Assembly: GCA_016840065.1 (NCBI GenBank)
Contig: JAEOTB010000007.1
Location: 1 to 27,275, forward strand
DNA from: Candidatus Hermodarchaeota archaeon
Lineage (GTDB): Archaea > Asgardarchaeota > Hermodarchaeia > Hermodarchaeales > Hermodarchaeaceae
DNA length: 27,275 nt
Reading direction: 5' to 3'
The notes beneath the pieces are model-generated. The model had not been told where the DNA came from. It did not search any database and was given only the letters and a program-made list of their open reading frames with translations. This document shows positions 1-8,376 of the stretch, in pieces (position 1 is the first letter of the stretch; the number at the start of each line of letters is the position of its first letter). A program made the position numbers and the translations under genes.

Positions 1-156
1 CAGCAGGACCTCCAACCGCAGGCCCACCCACAGCAGGACCTCCAACCGCAGGCCCACCCACAGCAGGACCTCCAACCGCAGGCCCACCCACAGCAGGACC
101 TCCAACCGCAGGCCCACCCACAGCAGGTCCCCCAACAGCCAGCCCACCCACAGCAG
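1..156 (+). repeat. Coding tandem repeat: 30-bp unit cagcaggacctccaaccgcaggcccaccca, 4 exact copies plus 1 degenerate copy (underlying 15-bp/5-aa period)
   Basis: Directly visible: 1-120 is four exact copies, 121-150 is a degenerate copy, and 151-156 is a partial copy. Confidence 0.97.
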
Positions 157-239
157 AATCAGCTTCAGCGCCTATATCCAGTCTTAGAACACAAATGATG
201 GCGGAAATTAAGCGGATTAAGGGTATGTTTGAGTCTTAA
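1..239 (+). CDS. C-terminal fragment of a proline-rich repeat protein, (AGPPT)x9-ASPPT-AESASAPISSLRTQMMAEIKRIKGMFES*, ending in a WH2-like/amphipathic helix; 5' truncated by the window edge
   Basis: Not in the ORF track. The frame starting at nt 3 is open to TAA at 237-239. The alternating 15-nt units (gca gga cct cca acc / gca ggc cca ccc aca) differ only at third codon positions in this frame, which identifies it as the coding frame. Confidence 0.8.
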   Translation, partial: AGPPTAGPPTAGPPTAGPPTAGPPTAGPPTAGPPTAGPPTAGPPTASPPTAESASAPISSLRTQMMAEIKRIKGMFES

Positions 240-378
240 TCGCCCTTGTTTTTACTGCTTCAATTCCGTTGCTGGATTTTGGGTATCGGTGGTAATGAAG
301 TATTCTAGCTCCCAATTTAGTATCTAGTTATTAGGTTACTCTGAATAGAAGAAATGATTTGATGAGGGGATTGAGGGC

Positions 379-654
379 CTATTTGGTGTAGAGCCGCCAA
401 AGAGCACCGTTTTGAAAGATGAAGAACTCCTCATCCTTGTAGATAACGATACAATGATGGTACTTGGCCACGGCGAGGAATGTCTTGAGTTTCATTTCCT
501 CACCTTCTCGGAATCGTATGTGGACCTCAAGATCAATAGCACCTTTATTCAGGCTCAGTTTCTCAATGGCACGTTCATCCACTATTGGAATCTTCATCTC
601 CTGGGCCAACTTGTATACGGTTTTTCGAAAAATGCTGATTGATTGCTTTGACAT
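379..654 (-). CDS. Small hypothetical protein (~91 aa, MSKQSISIFRKTVYKLAQEMKIPIVDER...)
   Basis: ORF track 379..675. ATG at 654 is preferred because a GGAG SD-like motif lies just upstream on the minus strand. Co-oriented downstream of lysS, with a globular-protein-like composition. Confidence 0.65.
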   Translation of the reverse strand: MSKQSISIFRKTVYKLAQEMKIPIVDERAIEKLSLNKGAIDLEVHIRFREGEEMKLKTFLAVAKYHHCIVIYKDEEFFIFQNGALWRLYTK

Positions 655-756
655 CTTTGTCAACTCCAAGTCCACAGAGGCTTCTGAGTAATGAATTGTA
701 CCGATTTAGGTTTTAAAAGCTTATGTCTTACCGCTGGTTGAAGCTTGTAAGATGTG

Positions 757-2409
757 TTACGGAGGCGTTGAGAGGTATTTGAGACGTTCAATGACAATTT
801 GTGGGTCAATGAACGCAAAGAATGCAGAGATACGAGGACCCTCGTCTTGGCCAAAGAAAGACTGGTAGAGGAATTGGAAGAACTGTTTCTGGACGGCTTT
901 ATCACGACGAAGCGGTTTAGTGACTTGCTTCATGGCTTCTCGAATTGAGTTCTCGGTCCAGTTCTTTGGAGAAAGACGGTCAAGCAGTTGTTGGTAAAGC
1001 GTACGGAGTTGGGGCGTGATTTGTTTGTTGAGAGCTGAGGGAGGGTCAGCGAGAATGCGAATGCGATAACTGGAAGGAGCATATAATTCCACCCAGTTTT
1101 TAGCACGTTCCAGACGGTTTGAGATGTATCTACGCTGTTGTTTGGTGATTGACGAGGAGATAATATCCTGGTGTTTGAGTTTCTCAATAACTGCTTCAAG
1201 CAAGCTATCTTGGGGAACGACTTGAACAAGAACTACCGCATGGAGAAATGGAATTTGGATTGGGGGAGTTGAGGGAGAAGGTTCTAGTTGTGAAAGCTCA
1301 TAGGTACGACGTATGTCTTCTAGTTCAGCAGGATTTGCCCTAGACTCCTCCAGTTTGAAGTAAACGCGTTCAGCACGATCATATTGACCGACATAGGTTG
1401 GTACATACTCTAAACCAAGGGTTATCCGCCGCATAGGCTTGTTCTTCAAGTAGAGATAGCGAAGGCTTTCACCAGGAGCAACACTCTCCCAGACTCTAGG
1501 TGTAAAACCATGAAAATCAGAGCTCCCCATATCACCTTTGTCTTCACCTTTTACAATTAGTCCAACCCATTCATTGGCGAAAGGATAGGGGGGTTTGAAA
1601 CGAAAGGCTTTTTCTGCCAATTCTTTTGCACTGTCGCGAGAGCCACCTGGAGTTGCGTGGTCCTTTCCAAAGGGCTCAAAACCAACGTCTAATACGCTCC
1701 AGAGGGCTGCCCATTCGACTCTCCAAGAGAGTTTCCCATTTACCAGGCTAGTTGTTCCTTCTTTGTTACAGCGAGCACATCGATAATTAGCAGTATAAGC
1801 ATCCAAATCAACTGATAGAACAGAAGTTGTGCTGATTCGACGACAATACTCACATACCACAAGCACTGGAAACCAGTTAGAAGGATAGGGGTTTCGAACT
1901 CGGTACTTGTTAACAATTTTTCTGATAAGGTCACGGTGTTCGATTGCATAGCGGACAAGGTTTTGCATCTCTGGCCAAGTGTAAATCTCATGGGTGCTTA
2001 CAATCTCATAGTCGCGAGAAAAAGCGTCAAGATATCCACCAAAGTCCTGCCAGTAACGTTCCACCCACCCAGATAGTTCCCCCTTTGGGTCTGGCACATC
2101 TATCAACCGAAAACCAGTGTACGCTTTCGCTTCCTTAGCATCAGAGAACTCAGCGAGCTGGGTGGGTTTACCCTTCCACTCGTCGGAAGTGTAGCGAACT
2201 ATTAAGTGGCGAGCTTTGAAACCTCGCTCACGGAGCAAATGCATTATTGTATTCGGTGTAGTGATTTCTCCGCGAAGCCTTCCTACATGCTGAAGACCTG
2301 AAACCGAAAGACCGCAACTGCAGTTGATAGTTTTGGCACTGGCACCCCAATAATCGATAATCGCTTCTAAGAGTTCGTCAACCCAGTGTTGGTAGGTTTC
2401 AGCAGTCAC
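757..2409 (-). CDS. lysS: Lysyl-tRNA synthetase, class I
   Basis: Motifs: SGLQHVGRLRGE (HIGH-like), GKLSWRVEWAALW, EPFGKDHATPGGS, DMGSS (KMSKS-like), Zn knuckles CEYC/CARC, and a C-terminal GPRI anticodon-domain motif. 550 aa, GTG start. Confidence 0.96.
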   Translation of the reverse strand: MTAETYQHWVDELLEAIIDYWGASAKTINCSCGLSVSGLQHVGRLRGEITTPNTIMHLLRERGFKARHLIVRYTSDEWKGKPTQLAEFSDAKEAKAYTGFRLIDVPDPKGELSGWVERYWQDFGGYLDAFSRDYEIVSTHEIYTWPEMQNLVRYAIEHRDLIRKIVNKYRVRNPYPSNWFPVLVVCEYCRRISTTSVLSVDLDAYTANYRCARCNKEGTTSLVNGKLSWRVEWAALWSVLDVGFEPFGKDHATPGGSRDSAKELAEKAFRFKPPYPFANEWVGLIVKGEDKGDMGSSDFHGFTPRVWESVAPGESLRYLYLKNKPMRRITLGLEYVPTYVGQYDRAERVYFKLEESRANPAELEDIRRTYELSQLEPSPSTPPIQIPFLHAVVLVQVVPQDSLLEAVIEKLKHQDIISSSITKQQRRYISNRLERAKNWVELYAPSSYRIRILADPPSALNKQITPQLRTLYQQLLDRLSPKNWTENSIREAMKQVTKPLRRDKAVQKQFFQFLYQSFFGQDEGPRISAFFAFIDPQIVIERLKYLSTPP

Positions 2410-2489
2410 AAATATCCACCTGACACTCAGAAGCTATCTAATTACAGCAATAAGAAACCATCGCCTATTCCCAAGAAGCAACGGCTCTG

Positions 2490-3593
2490 TTACTTAAGCT
2501 CTGCATACCGTTTTCGGATTAGGATTTCCAACTCTGACAAATTGTATCCAGTGGCTGCTGAAACAGCCACCCATTCTAAATCAAAGTTTTTTTCAATGAA
2601 GGGTATAATTTGGTTTGTAAGGCGCTCTCCGACAAGGTCCACCTTATTTAGCGCGATTATGAGGCGGCGTCGATCAATTCCCGTATCATCAAGTATACTA
2701 ATCACCCTTTGCAGTTTCATGTGGAGGAGAACGATGTCATCAGCAGCATCTAATACAAGAACCACAATATCAGCTGCCCGCATATCATCCAAGTTCAATT
2801 GAAACGCGGAGATAAGAACTGGATCCAATCCTAAGGCAAAGCCGATAGTGTCCACGAAGAAAACCCCCAGATTGGAGGCTTGCGAAACTTTTGAAGCTAA
2901 AGTTGTAAAAGGACGTTCACTTACCTCTTTCTCGCCACCAGTGAGAGCATTGAACAAACTTGTTTTTCCAGCATTATAACATCCCACAAGGCAAACCATG
3001 GGAATTCCTAATTCCCGTCTAGCGCGCAAGCGGCTTCTATTTTCGCGGCGCAGTTTCGCCAATTCTCTTTTCACCTTAGTGATTCTCTTGTCCACTTGCT
3101 GGAGCTTAGAATGATAGGCGTATTCACCTCCACCTCGACTGTGCTCTCCCCGGCTGGGCTTTTCTCTTTTCAGCTGCTCCCCTACAGTCACCTTAATGAA
3201 AGGATAACTCTTCTGAAGGCTTGCCAGCTCTAATTGTAGTTTTGATACCCTATCACGCGCTTCCCTTTCAAAAATCCGTAAAACTACTTCGTATCTATCT
3301 ATCACTTCGCAGCATAATATCTTCTGCAGTTTGTATTTCTGCATCGAAGTAAGCACATTATAAAATGCAACTACCTCAATCTCTTCTGAAGCCACTCGCT
3401 CAGCCATTTCCTCCACCCTTCCCTTTCCCATCAGATAAGCCGAGTGCCGATGAATTCGCGTCTGAATTATAGTATCCACTACCTCAAACCTAACAGCCTC
3501 TACTAGCTGCCGAAACTCAGCTAGTTCCGCGGGCCACTCAATATGATCATGGATTTTCGTTCGCAACATTGCGACAAATGCACGCGTAACCAA
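2490..3593 (-). CDS. hflX: Ribosome-splitting GTPase HflX
   Basis: N-terminal HflX motifs (YLMGKGRVEE, VIDRYEVVLRIF, KLQLELASL, GGGE). G1 GCYNAGKTS, G2 FTTL, G3 DTIGF, G4 NKVD, G5 SAATG. Confidence 0.93.
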   Translation of the reverse strand: MVTRAFVAMLRTKIHDHIEWPAELAEFRQLVEAVRFEVVDTIIQTRIHRHSAYLMGKGRVEEMAERVASEEIEVVAFYNVLTSMQKYKLQKILCCEVIDRYEVVLRIFEREARDRVSKLQLELASLQKSYPFIKVTVGEQLKREKPSRGEHSRGGGEYAYHSKLQQVDKRITKVKRELAKLRRENRSRLRARRELGIPMVCLVGCYNAGKTSLFNALTGGEKEVSERPFTTLASKVSQASNLGVFFVDTIGFALGLDPVLISAFQLNLDDMRAADIVVLVLDAADDIVLLHMKLQRVISILDDTGIDRRRLIIALNKVDLVGERLTNQIIPFIEKNFDLEWVAVSAATGYNLSELEILIRKRYAELK

Positions 3594-3953
3594 TCACCAC
3601 ACACCACACGAACTCTACCATCTTCAAAAAACCTTCGTAAGGGATATTCTATAAATTGAGAAACCCTTAAAATATACCACTTGTTTTGTATATACCACAC
3701 CACTGAGGAAGGTGTGCAGGACGACTCACAAAGAGTACCCGGGTAAAAGCATACTTGGCTTTACGAGGAAAGCCGCAATGAAAGCCAATATATTTTGATA
3801 CCTCGAAATCCCCGCTGGAATGAAAATCTGTAGCCACACCATTCTCCCAGGCGAAGTGTGCTTCCTTTAGGGTGGGCGTCGCGGCGCTTTGGTCCTGTTA
3901 CAAGTGTATTTTGTTGGTCTGTTCTGTTGTCTTTTTATCTCCCCTTTTAAGTA

Positions 3954-3968
3954 GGAAAGTTATAAATC
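3954..3968 (+). promoter_or_regulatory. Putative archaeal BRE/TATA promoter of the gelsolin gene
   Basis: ggaaagtTATAAAT about 60-70 nt upstream of ATG 4028; GGAG SD-like motif just before the start. Confidence 0.5.
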
Positions 3969-4027
3969 CAGATTTACCTGCTAAGTATTATGTGAGCATA
4001 AGGGTAAGAGAAAGGAGATGATTACCT

Positions 4028-4636
4028 ATGCCCGATTTCATCAAATATCATATTCAAAAGGGACGCCTTGTCAAAGTTCCTCATGCTCTTAGGTCAGAGT
4101 TTGGTAAGGGTGACTGCTACCTAATTGATACTGAATCCATCATTTATCTTTGGTGTGGACCCGAGGCAACACCTGATGAAAGGTTTGTTGGCGCCGTGAC
4201 TTCGGTTTGGCGTGATCAGGCCCGTAGAGGAGCAGCCCGACTTGTAACTGTAGAACCAGGAGAAGAACCCGCTGAATTCCTAGAACTCTTCGAAGGCGAG
4301 ATTGATATAACAGACCTAGACACCGAAGGCTTTCTCAAAGAAGTGATACTAGAGAAACGAGAATACAAGCTATGGAGAATCCATATTACAGGTGGAATCA
4401 ATCTTTTCATCGAGGTGCCAAGGGAGCGGGAGAGCTTGACCTCAGATGACGTTTATCTTCTTGACACTTTTGATAAAATCTTTATCTGGCGAGGAACCAC
4501 CTCCACTGGACGGGAGAAATTCCATGGAATGTTAGTGGCTAGACGCTATGATTTTGATAGGGCTGGTGCTCAGCAAATCATACTGATTGATGAAGGCGAA
4601 GAGACTAAAGAATTCCTTGAAGCTCTGGAAAGCTGA
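4028..4636 (+). CDS. Two-domain gelsolin/villin-family actin regulator (Asgard 2DGel-like)
   Basis: Two gelsolin repeats. Repeat 1: GDCYLIDT..IIYLWCG..ATPDER..VEPGEEPAEFLELF. Repeat 2: KLWRI..EVPRERESLTSDDVYLLDT..IFIWRG..STGREK..IDEGEETKEFLEAL. Confidence 0.9.
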   Translation: MPDFIKYHIQKGRLVKVPHALRSEFGKGDCYLIDTESIIYLWCGPEATPDERFVGAVTSVWRDQARRGAARLVTVEPGEEPAEFLELFEGEIDITDLDTEGFLKEVILEKREYKLWRIHITGGINLFIEVPRERESLTSDDVYLLDTFDKIFIWRGTTSTGREKFHGMLVARRYDFDRAGAQQIILIDEGEETKEFLEALES

Positions 4637-4701
4637 TTATTTCACGAGTTGCTAGACTCTTTGTTGACCTTTCTCATGATTGTGTTAGTTAGGAATGGTC
4701 A

Positions 4702-6147
4702 CTAGTTCCCCTTTCGTGTGTGAATGAATTCCTTTTCAGGTTTCCAGAAAGCTTTGGGGTTTCGTTGCCTCCCGTACCCTAGCCATTTATCGAGTTTGAC
4801 CCAGAAACGATTGAGCCAGGGAAGGTATTTGATGAAGAACCGCGTCAACCCATGGGACCAGTGACGGTCCTTAGTAAAGGGGCATGAAATGACGCAGCGG
4901 CTGCAGTCGGCGCCATTTAAAGTCCAGTAATTGTAACAGGACTCAGCATTCACATACCACTTCAGAATTCCCGGGTTATTTGATTTTGAAGCTCCTGTCC
5001 AAGATGGGTCATCATCATAGCTAATTGAGAATGAAGGACAGGCTTTGGCACAACGCTTGCAAGTACGACAGAAGTCAAGTACACCGAAATCTATTGGAGA
5101 ATCAGGTACTAGAGGGAGATTGGTGAGCACTTTGCAGAGGCGTACATTCGACCCCAAATCGGGGGTTATTAACAATCCATGTCGACCATACTGTCCAAGC
5201 CCCGCGTCTATTGCCATGGGAACACTTAGACCCACATTGTTTCCTGCTGGAATCGCATCAAAGCCCAGCCCTCTGATAAACTCTGCAACACAGGCCTGTG
5301 TGAACGCCATTCGTGAGTAACCATTCCCCGTGGCAAACCCTCCCGGAAAAGCAGGTGTAGTCTCAAGAGCTTCAAGATCCATTTCAATCGCCATAACCAC
5401 AACCCTGTCGATGTGGTCTGGGATATCAATAGGAGTACCACTTCGGTTATGAGTGTACAACCAGTTGTGGTCAAGTTTACAGATACCAACCAAGGCTGCT
5501 CCGAAGGCTTTGGCTGCCTGTTTTACCTTTTGCGTGATTTCATAAGGATCATCCACTTGTATCTTGGTTTCCTTTGGCTGGGGAAGCTGTGCATCAAAGG
5601 ACATATCAGAAGTAGCAGTGAGTTTCTCCCATGCAAAGGCCCCACGGAAACTATTGTATATTGTCCACGAGGCTGCAATCAATGCTTCATCAATCCTAGA
5701 ATACCCATGTCTGTTAGCACTAAAGATAACATCAAGATGTGAACGAATGCCCACCCGATAGTTTTTGAAACTCGGGTCATTGAGAACCCGGGAGAAAACT
5801 GTGTTGCGTTCGTCGAATGGTCGGTATATTTGCGAATCAATCACGTAAGGTTTCTGTCTCCAGGTGTTCAAATCGAATGACGTTTCAGCACCTGTACATT
5901 TCTGTCGTTCAATCCTTCGACTGGTAATGATTGCACTCTGAGGACACGCAGCTACGCACTTCCCGCAGGCAGTACACAGGGTGTAATCAATAACTGGTTT
6001 CTGAGTCTCCTTAGACAACCCAATGACATCTCGCCCATCAGCCTGCGTCCCTACGGGACAAACACTCATGCATTCAGAATGGCATTGCTTAGGAACGCAT
6101 AATGCATCTTTTATCTGAACGCGCCTTTGCCCGTATTCTTCAGACAT
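4702..6147 (-). CDS. rdhA: Reductive dehalogenase (RdhA-like cobalamin/2x[4Fe-4S] enzyme) with an N-terminal RLI/ABCE1-type ferredoxin domain and no TAT signal
   Basis: Motifs: VKQAAKAFGAALVGIC, VVVMAIEMD, GYSRM, FIRGLGFDA, AIDAGLGQYGRHGLLITP, NVRL.KVLTNLPL.PD.PIDFG, FCRTCKRCAKACP, NNPG..KW, CX10CX2CX3CP, and C-terminal W.H...R...D.WLGYG. The N-terminal domain has CX4CX3CX3CP and CX2CX2CX3CP. Confidence 0.85.
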   Translation of the reverse strand: MSEEYGQRRVQIKDALCVPKQCHSECMSVCPVGTQADGRDVIGLSKETQKPVIDYTLCTACGKCVAACPQSAIITSRRIERQKCTGAETSFDLNTWRQKPYVIDSQIYRPFDERNTVFSRVLNDPSFKNYRVGIRSHLDVIFSANRHGYSRIDEALIAASWTIYNSFRGAFAWEKLTATSDMSFDAQLPQPKETKIQVDDPYEITQKVKQAAKAFGAALVGICKLDHNWLYTHNRSGTPIDIPDHIDRVVVMAIEMDLEALETTPAFPGGFATGNGYSRMAFTQACVAEFIRGLGFDAIPAGNNVGLSVPMAIDAGLGQYGRHGLLITPDLGSNVRLCKVLTNLPLVPDSPIDFGVLDFCRTCKRCAKACPSFSISYDDDPSWTGASKSNNPGILKWYVNAESCYNYWTLNGADCSRCVISCPFTKDRHWSHGLTRFFIKYLPWLNRFWVKLDKWLGYGRQRNPKAFWKPEKEFIHTRKGN

Positions 6148-6223
6148 TTACTGCCACCCTGGCTGGTTAAAATGTCACCAAGACCTACACTCCTGAAGAA
6201 CCTTCGCATTTAACCATGTATAA

Positions 6224-7570
6224 TTACCATTTACCCATCAGGTCCATTATGACCGCGACTCGCCGCGTAGCCTTAAAAAAGGTTTCAAGAGCTACACTCT
6301 CATTGGGGGCATGCGCACGGGAATCATGGTCGCCGACCCCGACTGAAACCATTGGGCAATAATCCTTGAAGAGATAGAGGGGTCCTGAGCCAGGGCTAGT
6401 GGGATGGATGAGAGGTTCATGGTCAAAGATCTGTTGTGTAGCTTGTTTTACGATTTCTACAAATCGATGGTTTACAGGTGTTTTTGCTGCAGGATATCCC
6501 TCGTGCCAAGCAATTTTGACATCAGTAAATCCGTGGGAATCGAGGTGTGCTCGTAATTTCTCCAAGATGTCCTCTGGTTTCTGTTCCTCAACTAGCCTGA
6601 AATCCACCTTGGCAGTAGCCTTCGCTGGGAGAACTGTCATAGAGCCGTCGCCTTGGTAGCCGCTGATAAGCCCACAAATATTGCAGGTGGGAGCATTATA
6701 GTAGGCTTCTTTTAATTCATCACCTGTCAGCCCTCGGACAAAACCCTCGATTCCGTAGTATTCGAGCTTTTGTTCCTCACGGAGATCAACCTTGTCAATA
6801 GCTTTCTTTTCAGCTTTAGTAAGAGGCTTGACATCATCATAGAAGCCCTCGATTTGGATTTGTTCTTCTTGATCCTTGAGCGAGTTGAGTGCCCACACCA
6901 GCTGATACGGGGCAGCGGGAAGGATACAAGCTGTACTGGAATGAGCATCGTGGGATAAGAGGTCCACTTCTAATTGTACGTATAGAATTCCCTTCAGCCC
7001 CAACCACGCCTCCTGTGTAGCATCTGGTGTTGTGCTACCAAATTCCCAAATGCCGCCATCCGCTTTCAGGAAATCAGTTTGCGTCTGCAAAAAGTCTGGG
7101 AGATGGGGACTACTGATTTCCTCTTCGCCTTCGATGAGAAAATTCACGTTAACTGGTAGCGGAGTATTAGTTTTCTGAAAAGCCCGCAACACCCAGATTC
7201 GTGACACGATGTCGCCTTTGTTATCGGCTACACCCCTACCATAAATACGTCCATCCCGCTCCTCTAAATCAAAAGGAGATGACTCCCATTCGTGGAGAGG
7301 CTCAGCAGGCTGCACATCGTAATGATCATAAAATAACAGAGTACGCTTTGCCCCCACATCACGTTGTGCAGTTAGAACCGGTGCTCCTTTTGTAGGGTTT
7401 AGGCGTGCTTCTACGCCAGAGCGCACAAGCATAGTCCTGACAAGTTGAGCAGCCTCAAAGAGCCCCTCATTCTGAGCGGCAATGGAGGGAATCTGAACAA
7501 GACGCTTGATATCCCTTACAATGTTGTCAGCATTCTCGTCAATATAGTCTAGCACATCTTTGATAGTCAA
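6224..7570 (-). CDS. M20/M25/M40-family metallo-amidohydrolase (DapE/ArgE/dipeptidase-like)
   Basis: Metal-binding motifs YDHYDVQP, GRGVADNKG, EGEEEISS and C-terminal AHAPNE. 448 aa, TTG start. Confidence 0.92.
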   Translation of the reverse strand: MTIKDVLDYIDENADNIVRDIKRLVQIPSIAAQNEGLFEAAQLVRTMLVRSGVEARLNPTKGAPVLTAQRDVGAKRTLLFYDHYDVQPAEPLHEWESSPFDLEERDGRIYGRGVADNKGDIVSRIWVLRAFQKTNTPLPVNVNFLIEGEEEISSPHLPDFLQTQTDFLKADGGIWEFGSTTPDATQEAWLGLKGILYVQLEVDLLSHDAHSSTACILPAAPYQLVWALNSLKDQEEQIQIEGFYDDVKPLTKAEKKAIDKVDLREEQKLEYYGIEGFVRGLTGDELKEAYYNAPTCNICGLISGYQGDGSMTVLPAKATAKVDFRLVEEQKPEDILEKLRAHLDSHGFTDVKIAWHEGYPAAKTPVNHRFVEIVKQATQQIFDHEPLIHPTSPGSGPLYLFKDYCPMVSVGVGDHDSRAHAPNESVALETFFKATRRVAVIMDLMGKW

Positions 7571-7720
7571 GGTGAGTCGCCCTCAAACACTTGGTACGCA
7601 GGTGCTTAATATTTCTAGTTGTACTTGCCTAGAGCTACCGAACGTATAGAAAACCGTATATTCACTTCATTTATTTATTGACAAGAAGAATAACCTATCA
7701 TCACCTTCAGGTGAAATAGA

Positions 7721-8134
7721 ATGACAAACGAAGAATTAAAGGAACTAATCCAGATCAAGGAATCGCTAAAAGCCCTTGAGAAGGCTATGGTAGCGCCACC
7801 GCCACCACCAGCCCCAGAAGGGCTTGTAGAGGAATTCAAAGATTTTCTTAAGCAGTACAAAGTTATGGGTCTGGCTGTTGCATTTATCATGGGTATCTAC
7901 CTCGGTCAACTCATCTCAGCACTCGTCGCGGACCTTGTAATGCCCTTAGTCAACATTTTCTTACCACCCTGGCTGGACATATCATCGCTGCAGGCTGGAC
8001 CTTTCTACATTGGCACTCTCTCGGTTGGGCCCTTCCTTGTTGGTCACTTCCTTAATGAACTAATCACCTTCATCATAATCGCCTTCGTTATCTTCCTCCT
8101 CATCAAACTCACAACCCGCTTCGGCATAGAGTAG
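7721..8134 (+). CDS. mscL: Large-conductance mechanosensitive channel MscL with an N-terminal helical/polyproline extension
   Basis: EEFKDFL...VMGLAVAFIMG...LISALVADLVMPLV (S1 helix plus TM1) and GHFLNELITFIIIAFVIFLLIK (TM2) match MscL. Confidence 0.88.
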   Translation: MTNEELKELIQIKESLKALEKAMVAPPPPPAPEGLVEEFKDFLKQYKVMGLAVAFIMGIYLGQLISALVADLVMPLVNIFLPPWLDISSLQAGPFYIGTLSVGPFLVGHFLNELITFIIIAFVIFLLIKLTTRFGIE

Positions 8135-8376
8135 ACTCGGACAACAACTCTCGAAGCAGTCTCGGAGGAAATCGGGAGGCACCCCTCCCTCAAATAGGCT
8201 AAGGTAGTTGGTGTGCCATATAATTTCACATTGACCCAGCTGAACTAATATCTACGGGCTCTAGAAATAGCCCTAAACCGGGCGCATCATTGAGCAGCCA
8301 CTAGACTTTTCTATTTTAACACCTGCTGTTCAACAACCACAGCAGACAGGAACATCACTACAAAGGGGCGAATAAT

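Noticed and set aside
1-156. 30-bp tandem repeat as a CRISPR array, or as a QQDLQPQAHP repeat in frame 1
   Set aside because: There are no spacers and no cas genes. Variation between the 15-nt sub-units is synonymous only in the AGPPT frame.
757-2409. Non-canonical HVGR and DMGSS signature motifs suggesting an inactive LysRS
   Set aside because: To my knowledge such variants occur in a subgroup of archaeal class I LysRS. The ORF is full length with the other motifs intact.
3703-3775. CTGAGGA as a hammerhead core, or GAGGAAAG as RNase P RNA
   Set aside because: No stem II followed by GAAA is correctly placed for a hammerhead. The RNase P GAGGAAAGUCC continuation and its 3' partner motif are absent.
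8174-8189. GGGAGG-cacc-CCTCCC hairpin after mscL as a terminator or ncRNA
   Set aside because: It is only a 6-bp stem with no following U-tract, which is insufficient support.
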